A stretch of DNA of 63,832 nt, from contig JAUWBM010000002.1 in the NCBI GenBank assembly GCA_030601705.1, positions 1 through 63,832 on the forward strand, given 5' to 3'. Shown piece after piece: positions 27,724 to 36,964 of the stretch. This DNA is from Thermoplasmatota archaeon (GTDB taxonomy: Archaea; Thermoplasmatota; E2; DHVEG-1). Each line of letters opens with the position of its first letter. Position 1 is the first letter of the stretch. The notes under the pieces were generated by a model. It ran no database searches. It saw only the letters and a list, made by a program, of their open reading frames with translations, and was not told where the DNA came from. Made by a program: the position numbers and the translations under genes.

Positions 27724-29436
27724 CTAAAAATTGATATATTTCAATATTTTTCTACCGATTTCGGAATCATCAAAACACTCAATTAATTTTTCTTTGTTCC
27801 TAAAAGGCCTTTTTGATAAAATTCTAATGGCCCTTTTTTTACCAATACCAGGAATTGCCTCAAGGGTTTTTCGGGATGCAGTGTTTATATCTAAAGGAAA
27901 GGGTATTGCTGTAACAGATCTATAGCCGTAATCTATCATTTTTACATCAAAAAATTTGTGTAAAGGAAGAACACCGGGAATGCCTACGAGCAATGGATAA
28001 CTACCAATCTGCCTACCAAATGTCAATTTACCATCATAGACTTCCGTAAAAACGTTCTTTAGAACAGTCCTTCGTGGAACAATTCTTTCGAGCATGGGTC
28101 GCTCTATATTCTCACGGACTTTTCTTTTAAAACGTTGAAATTCAGTTTTATTTTTCTTAACATTTTTATTGCCAAACGTAAACATCTTTGTGCCAGGAAT
28201 TGGTATAACCTGACGGAGATTGATTCTTCTAACAAGAAGATCGTTATCATATATCTGCTTTAAAAAATCATAATCAAGTTTAAAGGTATTTTTTGTTTCG
28301 CCTTTCAGTCCAAAAACAAAATTCAAACCTGGTAGTAGTTCAGGTAAACCATTAGCGCCTCTTTTTGAGCCGATCTCATTCAAAAGTTTTATTGCTGTTA
28401 GAACTTCACTAGGTGATGCCTTGAGATTATTCTTTTTAGCCACCATAGGATCTACACTTTCCACCCCAAAAGCAGCAACGTCACCGGGAGTGTGATACTT
28501 AACAATACTTTTTGCAATACGCTTGCATTCCTCAGGATATCGGGCAATCACTCCAGGGTTTGCATTATCAATATGAAGGGTCTTTAAATCGGGGGCAATA
28601 GCACGAATTCCTTTAAACAACTTCTCAATTGCATCAGGGTTTGGTTCTGGAAATTCTTGCTCATCTGCACCTTTTGACATATACGAAAAAATGCATGGTT
28701 GATTACCAATGCGAAAATGTCGAATTCCTGCAGTATAAAGCGAACTAACTTCATCAAGAATATCTTCAATAGCTCGAAAACGGGGAGGGCCTTTACTTGG
28801 TTCACTGCAAAAAGAACAACCACCAACTATACTTCTTGGACATCCCCGATATGTTTCGATCTCGGCAATCAAATAATCAGGAAAAAAAGGATGCTGTTTC
28901 ACTATTTGTGAGCCGTACACAGCGAAATTCCTGAAAGCGCTAGGGTTTGATCTGCACAAAGAAGAATTCGTCGTATCAATTACAAGATTGTTTTTCAACA
29001 GTTCTGATATAACAATTTCACCATCACCGTCTGCTATCATATCAAAAACGTCTTCAACAACCCGAGTATCTCTAACCCTCCTACCGCCAGATATCCCAAA
29101 ACCGTATCGTGCAGCGGGACCACTTAATACCTTCACAGGCTTATTTAAACTACTTAGAAAAGATTTAAGTTCATTAGGGCTTACAGGAAAACCAGACAAG
29201 TACCTCCCTGGAACAGACATACCAGCGATGACGACAAGTAAATCAGATTTAGACAGAACGTCTAGGAGAGACCGGTCACTGCGAATTTGATCAATAGTGC
29301 AATAAAAAATTCGAGAATGTTTATCATAACACCAGATAGCGCCAGCAATATAACGGGGATATGGACCAATATAAGGTGGAACACCAAGACATGTAGGCTC
29401 ATCTACGTAACCATCGAGTATTGAAACGTTCAACAT
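27724..29436 (-). CDS. radical SAM protein with N-terminal Rossmann/B12-like domain and C-terminal helix-hairpin-helix
   Basis: YRGCPRSIVGGCSFC (Cx7CxxC), AAFGVESVD (GxES-type), C-terminal LEAIPGIGKKRAIRIL HhH. Confidence 0.65.
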   Translation of the reverse strand: MLNVSILDGYVDEPTCLGVPPYIGPYPRYIAGAIWCYDKHSRIFYCTIDQIRSDRSLLDVLSKSDLLVVIAGMSVPGRYLSGFPVSPNELKSFLSSLNKPVKVLSGPAARYGFGISGGRRVRDTRVVEDVFDMIADGDGEIVISELLKNNLVIDTTNSSLCRSNPSAFRNFAVYGSQIVKQHPFFPDYLIAEIETYRGCPRSIVGGCSFCSEPSKGPPRFRAIEDILDEVSSLYTAGIRHFRIGNQPCIFSYMSKGADEQEFPEPNPDAIEKLFKGIRAIAPDLKTLHIDNANPGVIARYPEECKRIAKSIVKYHTPGDVAAFGVESVDPMVAKKNNLKASPSEVLTAIKLLNEIGSKRGANGLPELLPGLNFVFGLKGETKNTFKLDYDFLKQIYDNDLLVRRINLRQVIPIPGTKMFTFGNKNVKKNKTEFQRFKRKVRENIERPMLERIVPRRTVLKNVFTEVYDGKLTFGRQIGSYPLLVGIPGVLPLHKFFDVKMIDYGYRSVTAIPFPLDINTASRKTLEAIPGIGKKRAIRILSKRPFRNKEKLIECFDDSEIGRKILKYINF

Positions 29437-29623
29437 TCTTTTTATTGCAACTCATCATTTACTAAAAAATTTATTGTTACAATAGTACTCCGGAAGTATA
29501 TTTTGATTTTACCTGGCAGAAACAATCTTAAAATTCTAAAAATTGTCTAAGTATCGGAAACATCCATGGATACCGTTCTAAAATTCCTCCTTGTTTAAAT
29601 ACTGTATAGATCATTCAATTTCT

Positions 29624-29767
29624 ATGGGTTTTAAATTTTGGAAAAAGAAAACGCCAACGACAATAGAAAACTACAAGATAATAAAGAAGGAGAAAAAAGG
29701 AGGAAAAAACCTCGATAGTCAGCAGAGAAAACTAGCTAAGATGCAGGAGAGGGAACGAAAATCCTAG
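29624..29767 (+). CDS. possible small basic protein (47 aa)
   Basis: Own reading: MGFKFWKKKTPTTIENYKIIKKEKKGGKNLDSQQRKLAKMQERERKS. Followed by an extended hairpin at 29796-29855. Below the ORF-track size cutoff. Confidence 0.2.
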   Translation: MGFKFWKKKTPTTIENYKIIKKEKKGGKNLDSQQRKLAKMQERERKS

Positions 29768-29892
29768 ATCATACATTACAGGAGAGATATTGTAAAAAGG
29801 GGTCAGAAAGGGAGGAAAGAATAAAAATTTCTTTTCCAAAAGGTTTGACCCCTTTAGCGGGTGTTATAATTATTTGGTTAATAAAGGTAACC

Positions 29893-29912
29893 TTTGTGTG
29901 AGCTCACACAAA
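29893..29912. repeat. perfect 20-bp palindrome TTTGTGTGAGCTCACACAAA
   Basis: Read directly. Lies in an ~880-bp noncoding spacer. Function unknown (operator or hairpin). Confidence 0.6.
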
Positions 29913-30316
29913 ATAACGAATATATTTTCATGTATACAGTTATATACATAACGGCACATTTTAAACTTTTTGAGTGGCACTATACGAAATGAAAGAAAGT
30001 GCGTTAGAGGGTTATTTATGCTGTTTTTTCAACAAATTCAACAGTTTTTTCATAGGTAATATGCTGATTCTCTAATATGGAGGTTTTGAGCCAACTTTAA
30101 CGCGGAGAGCAGAGCCAAGATAGTAATAGACGAACTGGTCATCATGTATTCCACCATACAATACGATTCCTGTAAATCCATTTTTAAATTATTTGACCAA
30201 TTAGCTTTTGACTTATTGGTCAGACTTTTTCTCAAATGTATCTCCTAACCATAAGTTTTTACGATAGATAAATTTATAATAAGAACCAGTATACGGCGTG
30301 GGAAATAGGTGGAAAT

Positions 30317-30556
30317 ATGATAAATGCATACATACTATTAACGATGCAAACAGGCGATTCAGAAAAAGCCATCTCAGAAATGAGAAAAATAGAAAACGTA
30401 GAAAAAATCTCGGTGGTCGCAGGAGAATACGATATCGTTGTAAGAGTACATGTAAAAAGTCTGGAAAAACTTTTAACAGTGACAAATAAAATTCAAATGA
30501 TAAATGGTGTGAAAAAAACAACAACTCAGGTAATAGAAAAAGAAATTTCACTATGA
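30317..30556 (+). CDS. stand-alone Lrp/AsnC ligand-binding (RAM) domain protein
   Basis: 79 aa. VVAGEYDIVVRVHV is the RAM-domain hallmark. No HTH. 4-nt overlap with the next gene. Confidence 0.8.
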   Translation: MINAYILLTMQTGDSEKAISEMRKIENVEKISVVAGEYDIVVRVHVKSLEKLLTVTNKIQMINGVKKTTTQVIEKEISL

Positions 30557-31794
30557 AAATAAGAAGAAAATATCTCTTTTATGCGTTAGCATTTACATCC
30601 GCAATTATTACTGCGGGAGTGTCAACCATAGATGCTACAATTAGCGCACGTTATATACCTAATCCATGGGCATTCGGTTTTTCATGTTTTATAGTAGGGA
30701 TATTTATCTCTCTCATTATCGTCTGCATTTTTTCAATACCTGTAAAGGGGAGGAGCCTTGGATCCAGAATTATCGATCCATCTTTCAAGCGACTACGATT
30801 GGTACGAAAAGAAGAACTAAAATATCACATACTTGCAGCAGTAGGAAACTCCATTCTCACCATTGGCTATCTTACGTTACTTTCCATGTTTGGCGATCCA
30901 TCCACCGTACTTCCCTTTTCACAGATTGCTATTTTGTACCTAATACTCATTGAATCAATTAGCGAAAAAAATATACCAACGCTATCTGAAATCCAATCAT
31001 CTCTCATTGTTACGTTTGGGGCCATCCTGGGGTCAATCACCTTAACTGGAACTATAACTCTTGAATCATTTGCCATCGTATTTCTGGTAGTAAATCCAGC
31101 ATGGATTCTATTTTCGATTTACCAAAGAAAATTAAAGCTCTTGAAGATTGACAATAGACCAAATGATGCTCTCAACATTCGATTTTGGAATGTAGTATTT
31201 GCTTGCATGTTTACTGCCATATTGGTAGGCGTATACGATTTAATTGTAGGGACAGGTCATTTTATTGCAGGAATTACTGCATCAATTGACCACTTTAACT
31301 GGGTTGCATTAACAATGGGCATCACGTTCTTTTCATACGTATTTTATATTCGGGCTCTTGGTATTGGAAAGGCAAGCGTCACGCAAGCAGTGCGGGCATC
31401 AACAGTTCTCTTTGCTATTCCATTTTCTCTATTGATATCTTACTTCAATATCATCCCACCATTCTCAACAGACCCCGTAATGATTTTAATTAAAATAATA
31501 GGTACAACTCTAGTGATTCTTGGCATAGTCTCATTTGCACTTTCTCTAGTGAAGGCATATGTTTTCATCAACGTGAAACCAGGTTACCCTATCGAAGAAA
31601 CGATGGATAAATTATGGAGTATCCGTGGTGTGACACGAGTAACTGTAATTGCAGGTACTTATGATTTCATTGTGAAAATAAGAATACGGACATTGGTAAA
31701 GGGCTACGAACGAATCATTCGAAAACTAGAAGGAATTGAAGCAATTAAAAAATACAAATGGGAATCTGTTCTTAAGGAATGGGAAAATATCTAA
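30553..31794 (+). CDS. DMT/EamA-like permease fused to C-terminal Lrp/AsnC RAM domain
   Basis: About 10 TM helices with two EamA-like repeats (GDPSTVLPFSQIAILYLILIESI; GIGKASVTQAVRASTVLFAIPFSLLI). The last ~75 aa contain VIAGTYDFIVKIRI, a RAM motif. Confidence 0.6.
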   Translation: MKIRRKYLFYALAFTSAIITAGVSTIDATISARYIPNPWAFGFSCFIVGIFISLIIVCIFSIPVKGRSLGSRIIDPSFKRLRLVRKEELKYHILAAVGNSILTIGYLTLLSMFGDPSTVLPFSQIAILYLILIESISEKNIPTLSEIQSSLIVTFGAILGSITLTGTITLESFAIVFLVVNPAWILFSIYQRKLKLLKIDNRPNDALNIRFWNVVFACMFTAILVGVYDLIVGTGHFIAGITASIDHFNWVALTMGITFFSYVFYIRALGIGKASVTQAVRASTVLFAIPFSLLISYFNIIPPFSTDPVMILIKIIGTTLVILGIVSFALSLVKAYVFINVKPGYPIEETMDKLWSIRGVTRVTVIAGTYDFIVKIRIRTLVKGYERIIRKLEGIEAIKKYKWESVLKEWENI

Positions 31795-31854
31795 TTCAGC
31801 TGTTAGGAAAACTATTTCATTATTCTCTTTATTTCAACTCTTGAAGGGATAATT

Positions 31855-32961
31855 ATGATTGATAAAAGATTAGAAAAATTAGCTTATATTTTAGTAAACC
31901 ATTCTTTAGAACTTAAGAAGGGCGATTTGTTTGTAATATCTGGTGGTCATATTGCAGCACCGCTGATTAAAGAAGTATACAAACAAGCATTAGAAGCTGG
32001 TGCACATCCCTATACAAGAATGGGTATTGATGAACTTGCTGAAATATATTATAAACATGCTTCAGAAAAACAACTCAAATATATGTCGCCTATTGCTAAA
32101 TTTGAGACTGAACGCATTGATGCACGGCTTGGCATTATAAGTTCAGAGAATACCAGGAGTCTGACAAATATTGATCCGGAAAAACAAGCAATAAGTAGTG
32201 TTGCTCAAAAGGAGATACATCAGATATTTCTTGATAGGGCTGCTAAAAAAGAACTGCGGTGGTGTCTTACCCAATATCCAACCAATTCCGCTGCTCAAGA
32301 TGCTGATATGTCGTTAGAAGAATATGAAAATTTTATATTTAAAGCAGCTCATGCAGGAGAAAAAGATCCTATCAGCCACTGGAAAAAAGTCTTCAAAGAA
32401 CAGGAAAAAATTAGAAAGCTACTTGAACGCAAGAAAAAATTGCATGTTATAGCTAAAGATACTGATCTAACAGTTTCTGTTGATGATAGAAAATGGATAA
32501 ACTGCTATGGGAGAGAAAATTTTCCTGATGGCGAAATATTTACAGGACCCATAGAAAACTCAGCAGAAGGCCGCATCAGCTATTCCTTCCCAGTATCTCA
32601 TGGCGGCAGGGAGGTCGATGACATCCAACTCTGGTTTAAGAACGGTAAGGTTGTCAAAGCAAAGGCGTCTAAGGGAGAGAAATTCCTAAATTCTATGCTT
32701 GATATGGACAAAGGATCACGAAGGATTGGAGAATTTGCCTTTGGTACAAATTACGGCATTAAAAGATACACGAAAAACACCTTATTTGACGAGAAAATCG
32801 GAGGTACTATCCACATCGCGGTTGGTAGTGGATATCCTGAAACAGGAAGTAAAAACAAATCAAGTCTACACTGGGATATGATGTGTGATTTACGTAAAAA
32901 TGGCGAAGTCTATGCAGATGACGAGATCATTTATAAAAATGGAAAGTTTTTGAATATATAA
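31855..32961 (+). CDS. M29-family aminopeptidase (AmpS/PepS/aminopeptidase T-like)
   Basis: MIDKRLEKLAYILVNHSLELKKGD, GGTIHIAVGSGYPETG and HWDMMCD motifs. Confidence 0.85.
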   Translation: MIDKRLEKLAYILVNHSLELKKGDLFVISGGHIAAPLIKEVYKQALEAGAHPYTRMGIDELAEIYYKHASEKQLKYMSPIAKFETERIDARLGIISSENTRSLTNIDPEKQAISSVAQKEIHQIFLDRAAKKELRWCLTQYPTNSAAQDADMSLEEYENFIFKAAHAGEKDPISHWKKVFKEQEKIRKLLERKKKLHVIAKDTDLTVSVDDRKWINCYGRENFPDGEIFTGPIENSAEGRISYSFPVSHGGREVDDIQLWFKNGKVVKAKASKGEKFLNSMLDMDKGSRRIGEFAFGTNYGIKRYTKNTLFDEKIGGTIHIAVGSGYPETGSKNKSSLHWDMMCDLRKNGEVYADDEIIYKNGKFLNI

Positions 32962-33073
32962 TTTTAAAAATAAGCATAGAGAAAATAGCCTAGAAATATT
33001 TAAATATAAAACTTAATATAACAATATAAAAAAATATAAAATATTTAAAAAATTTGAACGGGAGGAAAAATTA

Positions 33074-34885
33074 ATGAAAGATGGCAATACAATTAAAAAA
33101 TTCCTTAAAGCTGTTATAGTAATATCAATCGTATTTGCATTTATAATGCCAGGATCTGCGACTTTTTTTAATGCATCAAAAGAAAAAGAATATTTAGTAA
33201 AGCCTATGGGCATCACTGGAATGTCTGGCGACACAATTTATGTAGATGATGACAACACAGAGGGCCCCTGGGATGGAAGCATAGATTATCCTTATCAATT
33301 TATACAGGATGGGATTGATAATACAAATAATAGTGACGAAGTCTATGTTTTTAACGGAACCTATTTCGAAAATATTGTTGTCTTCAACTCTATAATTTTA
33401 AAAGGTGAAGATAAGGACAATACAACCATCGATGGCAGAAGACAAGGGACCTTAGTCAAAATCACAGTTAATCAGGTTACTCTTACTGGATTCACCATAA
33501 AAAACAGCGGCAGTAATCCAAACGATGCTGGCATTTCTATTAACTCTGAAGAGAATTTCGTTAAAATAAATAATATTGTAGACAACAACTATGGCATTCG
33601 ATTGGTTGAATCAAATAATACAATATTTTACAACAATTTTATGAATAACAACAAACACGCGTATGATGAATGTAATAACGTATGGAATGATAATTCTCCA
33701 GGTGGCGGCAACTATTGGGACGACCACACTGGTGAAGACGATGATGAAGACGGTGTTATAGACACACCGTATAACATAACAGGCGACAGTAACAAGGATT
33801 TACTTCCGTTAATTCACATTTATGGATCAGTAATCAATCTAAATACAAAGAAAGTATTTCTAACAATCAAAAGAGCGATAAACGATTATGACACACTCGA
33901 TGGACATACAATTTTTGTTAAAAGCGATATCTACTACGAGCATTTAATCATCTACAAAGCTATAAACCTGATCGGTGAAAATAAAGAGGGGGCAATAATT
34001 GATGCGCGAGAAGACGATAATGCAGTAAAAATTAGTGATGATGAAGTAACTTTTTCTGGTTTCACTGTTCAACATAGTGGAAATGAATCATACAATGCTG
34101 GAATGGTAGTGACATCTGACAGGAATATCATTACTAACAATATACTAGAAGAAAATTACAATGGAATCATCCTAAGTTGTTCATCTGATGACAACATTAT
34201 TTCAGAAAATTCTATTCAAAATAATGATTGGAACGGGATTTATATAAAATTATATTGTGATAGAAACATCATTTTTGGAAATACTATTGAAAACAACAAT
34301 TATGCAGGCATCGCTATAACTGGTTCTTCTCAAAACGAAATTTATCATAACAACTTCATAGGCAACAGGCACAATGCATATGATGATTCTAACAATATTT
34401 GGGATGATGGATATCCGTCTGGTGGCAATTACTGGGACGACTACACAGGTACAGATGCAAATGGAGACGGCATAGGAGAGACCCCGTACATCATTCCAGA
34501 TGGGGTAAACAAAGATAGGTATCCTTTCATGGAACCCTACAGCAGTGGCGACATAATACCTCCTTATGTAGAAATTACTTCACCACAAAACGGATTTTAT
34601 TTCATGAACCTTAGATTATTACATCGTATATTTAGACAAAGAACGGTAATTTTTGGACCTATCACGATAGCAGTAGAGGCATCTGATTTACAATCTGGAA
34701 TTGAAGGGATTGCATTCTATATTGACAATGTTCATAACCCCAAGTGGATAGATTACAATGAACCATATAGTTGGACATGGAGAGAAAGGTCTTTCTTAAA
34801 GCATAGACATACCATAATAGTTGTCGCATTTGACAAGGCTGGAAACTACAATGGCGACACGTTAATAGTTCGAAAGTATTTCTAA
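33074..34885 (+). CDS. secreted right-handed beta-helix (NosD/PbH1-repeat) protein
   Basis: Signal/anchor. Two repeats of beta-helix modules, each ending in GGNYWDD-x-TG-x-D motifs. Ig-like C-terminus. Confidence 0.7.
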   Translation: MKDGNTIKKFLKAVIVISIVFAFIMPGSATFFNASKEKEYLVKPMGITGMSGDTIYVDDDNTEGPWDGSIDYPYQFIQDGIDNTNNSDEVYVFNGTYFENIVVFNSIILKGEDKDNTTIDGRRQGTLVKITVNQVTLTGFTIKNSGSNPNDAGISINSEENFVKINNIVDNNYGIRLVESNNTIFYNNFMNNNKHAYDECNNVWNDNSPGGGNYWDDHTGEDDDEDGVIDTPYNITGDSNKDLLPLIHIYGSVINLNTKKVFLTIKRAINDYDTLDGHTIFVKSDIYYEHLIIYKAINLIGENKEGAIIDAREDDNAVKISDDEVTFSGFTVQHSGNESYNAGMVVTSDRNIITNNILEENYNGIILSCSSDDNIISENSIQNNDWNGIYIKLYCDRNIIFGNTIENNNYAGIAITGSSQNEIYHNNFIGNRHNAYDDSNNIWDDGYPSGGNYWDDYTGTDANGDGIGETPYIIPDGVNKDRYPFMEPYSSGDIIPPYVEITSPQNGFYFMNLRLLHRIFRQRTVIFGPITIAVEASDLQSGIEGIAFYIDNVHNPKWIDYNEPYSWTWRERSFLKHRHTIIVVAFDKAGNYNGDTLIVRKYF

Positions 34886-35054
34886 CTAATCCCATCTTTC
34901 CTCTTTTTTGTAAATATAAAATTTAGTAGCGTTAGAATGAAATATAGAACAGGGTATATGCAATATTAGAAAAATTGGCATATAATATAATTAATAGTCC
35001 AATAGTTGACTATAAAAAACTTATAAATAAGGTCTTTTCATTCCTTATTTTACA

Positions 35055-36488
35055 ATGTGCGGCATTATAGGCATTATAGGGGGAAGACCAGTCTCTCATC
35101 TTGTCTATCACGGCCTGTTTTCTGTGCAACATCGTGGCCAATCATCTGCTGGAAAGCTAACATATGATGGAAATATCCATGTGACAAAAGATGTTGGCTT
35201 AGTGAGAGATGTCTTTAATGAGGAAAAAAAGATAGATACCCCAGGAAATATTGGAATTGGCCATACTCGATATTCTACAGCAGGCATGGACGATATTGAG
35301 TCATTAAAGAGAAATGCACAACCAGAATATTTGGTAAACCCTTTTTTGGCAACAGTTCACAATGGCAATATTTACAACTGTTCTGAAATGGCTAAAAAAA
35401 CAAAGAGAAAACCACGAACAGTTTGCGATATTCAATGGTTGTTATTAACTATGGCAGACAATTTATATAAAAAAGAGTTAAACGTAGACATAATCTTTGA
35501 TGCTTGTGAAAAAGTAATGCACCAGGTAAAAGGCAGTTACTCTGCTTTATATCTTGCTGATTCTGGTGAAAATCCTTTTCTTTTTGCAATAACTGATCCT
35601 CGTAAAATTAGACCCTTAGTACTGGGTCAATCCGATGATATGTATTGTCTTACTTCTGAAACACGAGTTTTTAAAAAAATTAATTTTGAATATGTTAAAG
35701 ATATCCCTGGAGGCTCCGTGGTCGTAGTTGATAAGAAAGGGAATATCTATGAAAAACAGATAATAAAAAAACAAGAGCTGCCATGTATGTTTGAATTTGT
35801 TTATTTTGCAAAACCTGATTCGCGTATTAATGGAAGATCTGTGCATAAAGTACGTGATGAGATTGGTAGATTACTTGCAAAAGAACAACCTGTTGGAGCC
35901 GATATTGTTGTCCCAGTTCCTGAATCAGGACGAAGATATGCTCATGGGTTTTCCCGAGAATCTGGAATACCCATAGATGAGGGAATAATGAAAGATAAGG
36001 ACGAACGTTCCTTTATACACCAAACCCAGGAGATTAGAGATAAAGTTGTTGAAGAAGGTTTATCTTTTCTACGTTCCGTTCTAAAAGGAAAACGAGTTGT
36101 ACTGCTTGATGATTCGATTGTCCGCGGGACCAATATTAAAAAAATTGTTAAGGGCATTAAAAATGCTGGTGCGAAAGAAGTTCATGTGAGAATTGGCTGT
36201 CCGCCCCTAATTGCACCTTGTTATCTTGGAATTGATATGCGAAGTAGAAAGGAGTTTATTGCCCGAGATAAGCAGGGTAAAATCAGGAATTGGGATCAAA
36301 TAGCAAATGAAATTGGAGCTGATTCTCTAGGTTATATCGGCATACCTGAGTTAAAGAAAGCCATAGGATCTGACATTTGCCGAGGATGTATAGACTTTCC
36401 AGATGGATATCCTCCAGAAATGCAAAATGATGTAGAAAACCTCTTTAAAAACGACGGAAAATTGGCAAGATCCTACGAAAGCATATAG
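35055..36488 (+). CDS. purF: amidophosphoribosyltransferase
   Basis: MCGIIGIIG N-terminal nucleophile Cys. PRTase motif VVLLDDSIVRGTN. Confidence 0.93.
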   Translation: MCGIIGIIGGRPVSHLVYHGLFSVQHRGQSSAGKLTYDGNIHVTKDVGLVRDVFNEEKKIDTPGNIGIGHTRYSTAGMDDIESLKRNAQPEYLVNPFLATVHNGNIYNCSEMAKKTKRKPRTVCDIQWLLLTMADNLYKKELNVDIIFDACEKVMHQVKGSYSALYLADSGENPFLFAITDPRKIRPLVLGQSDDMYCLTSETRVFKKINFEYVKDIPGGSVVVVDKKGNIYEKQIIKKQELPCMFEFVYFAKPDSRINGRSVHKVRDEIGRLLAKEQPVGADIVVPVPESGRRYAHGFSRESGIPIDEGIMKDKDERSFIHQTQEIRDKVVEEGLSFLRSVLKGKRVVLLDDSIVRGTNIKKIVKGIKNAGAKEVHVRIGCPPLIAPCYLGIDMRSRKEFIARDKQGKIRNWDQIANEIGADSLGYIGIPELKKAIGSDICRGCIDFPDGYPPEMQNDVENLFKNDGKLARSYESI

Positions 36489-36516
36489 AGATTATACTTT
36501 CATATTGGTTAAAATC

Positions 36517-36825
36517 ATGATTGAAATTGTTAATGGGACGCGTGAAGAACAGATTATAAAACTTTTACAGAAAATATATCCAATAACTATATCTGATATC
36601 GAGAAAAAACTTCACGTGTCAAGGAAAATGATTTTGAGAGTTTTACAAAAATTTCAAGTTAAAGGTATCGTACAACTAGAGCCCCTAAGTAATAAAACAT
36701 ATATCAGATTATTAAGGAACGATTTTAGTTTTGTAGGTAAGAAAAGGCAACGAAAATTTATAAAACACCATTTAGGAAAGAAAAAACAAGAACCAGAAGA
36801 TTATGACGGCATAATGTATTCTTAG
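36517..36825 (+). CDS. small winged-helix DNA-binding protein (hypothetical)
   Basis: EEQIIKLLQKIYPITISDIEKKLHVSRKMILRVLQKFQVKGIV. Start moved to ATG 36517. Confidence 0.5.
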   Translation: MIEIVNGTREEQIIKLLQKIYPITISDIEKKLHVSRKMILRVLQKFQVKGIVQLEPLSNKTYIRLLRNDFSFVGKKRQRKFIKHHLGKKKQEPEDYDGIMYS

Positions 36826-36964
36826 AGAAAACTTTGTTATTTTTCAGATTATTCCAATCAAAAAAATGTAAAAAATAGAAAAAGATAAAGCAAATAAATT
36901 GTTTTTAAGTAAAACAAAATTTTAAAGCAAAAGACGTATTACTTTGTGCAGTGGAAGGAGAAAA

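Noticed and set aside
30050-30551. ORFs 30050-30235(-) and 30213-30551(-)
   Set aside because: The second is antisense to the RAM-domain gene and has a repetitive F/L/R-rich translation. The first lies in the spacer and has no motif.
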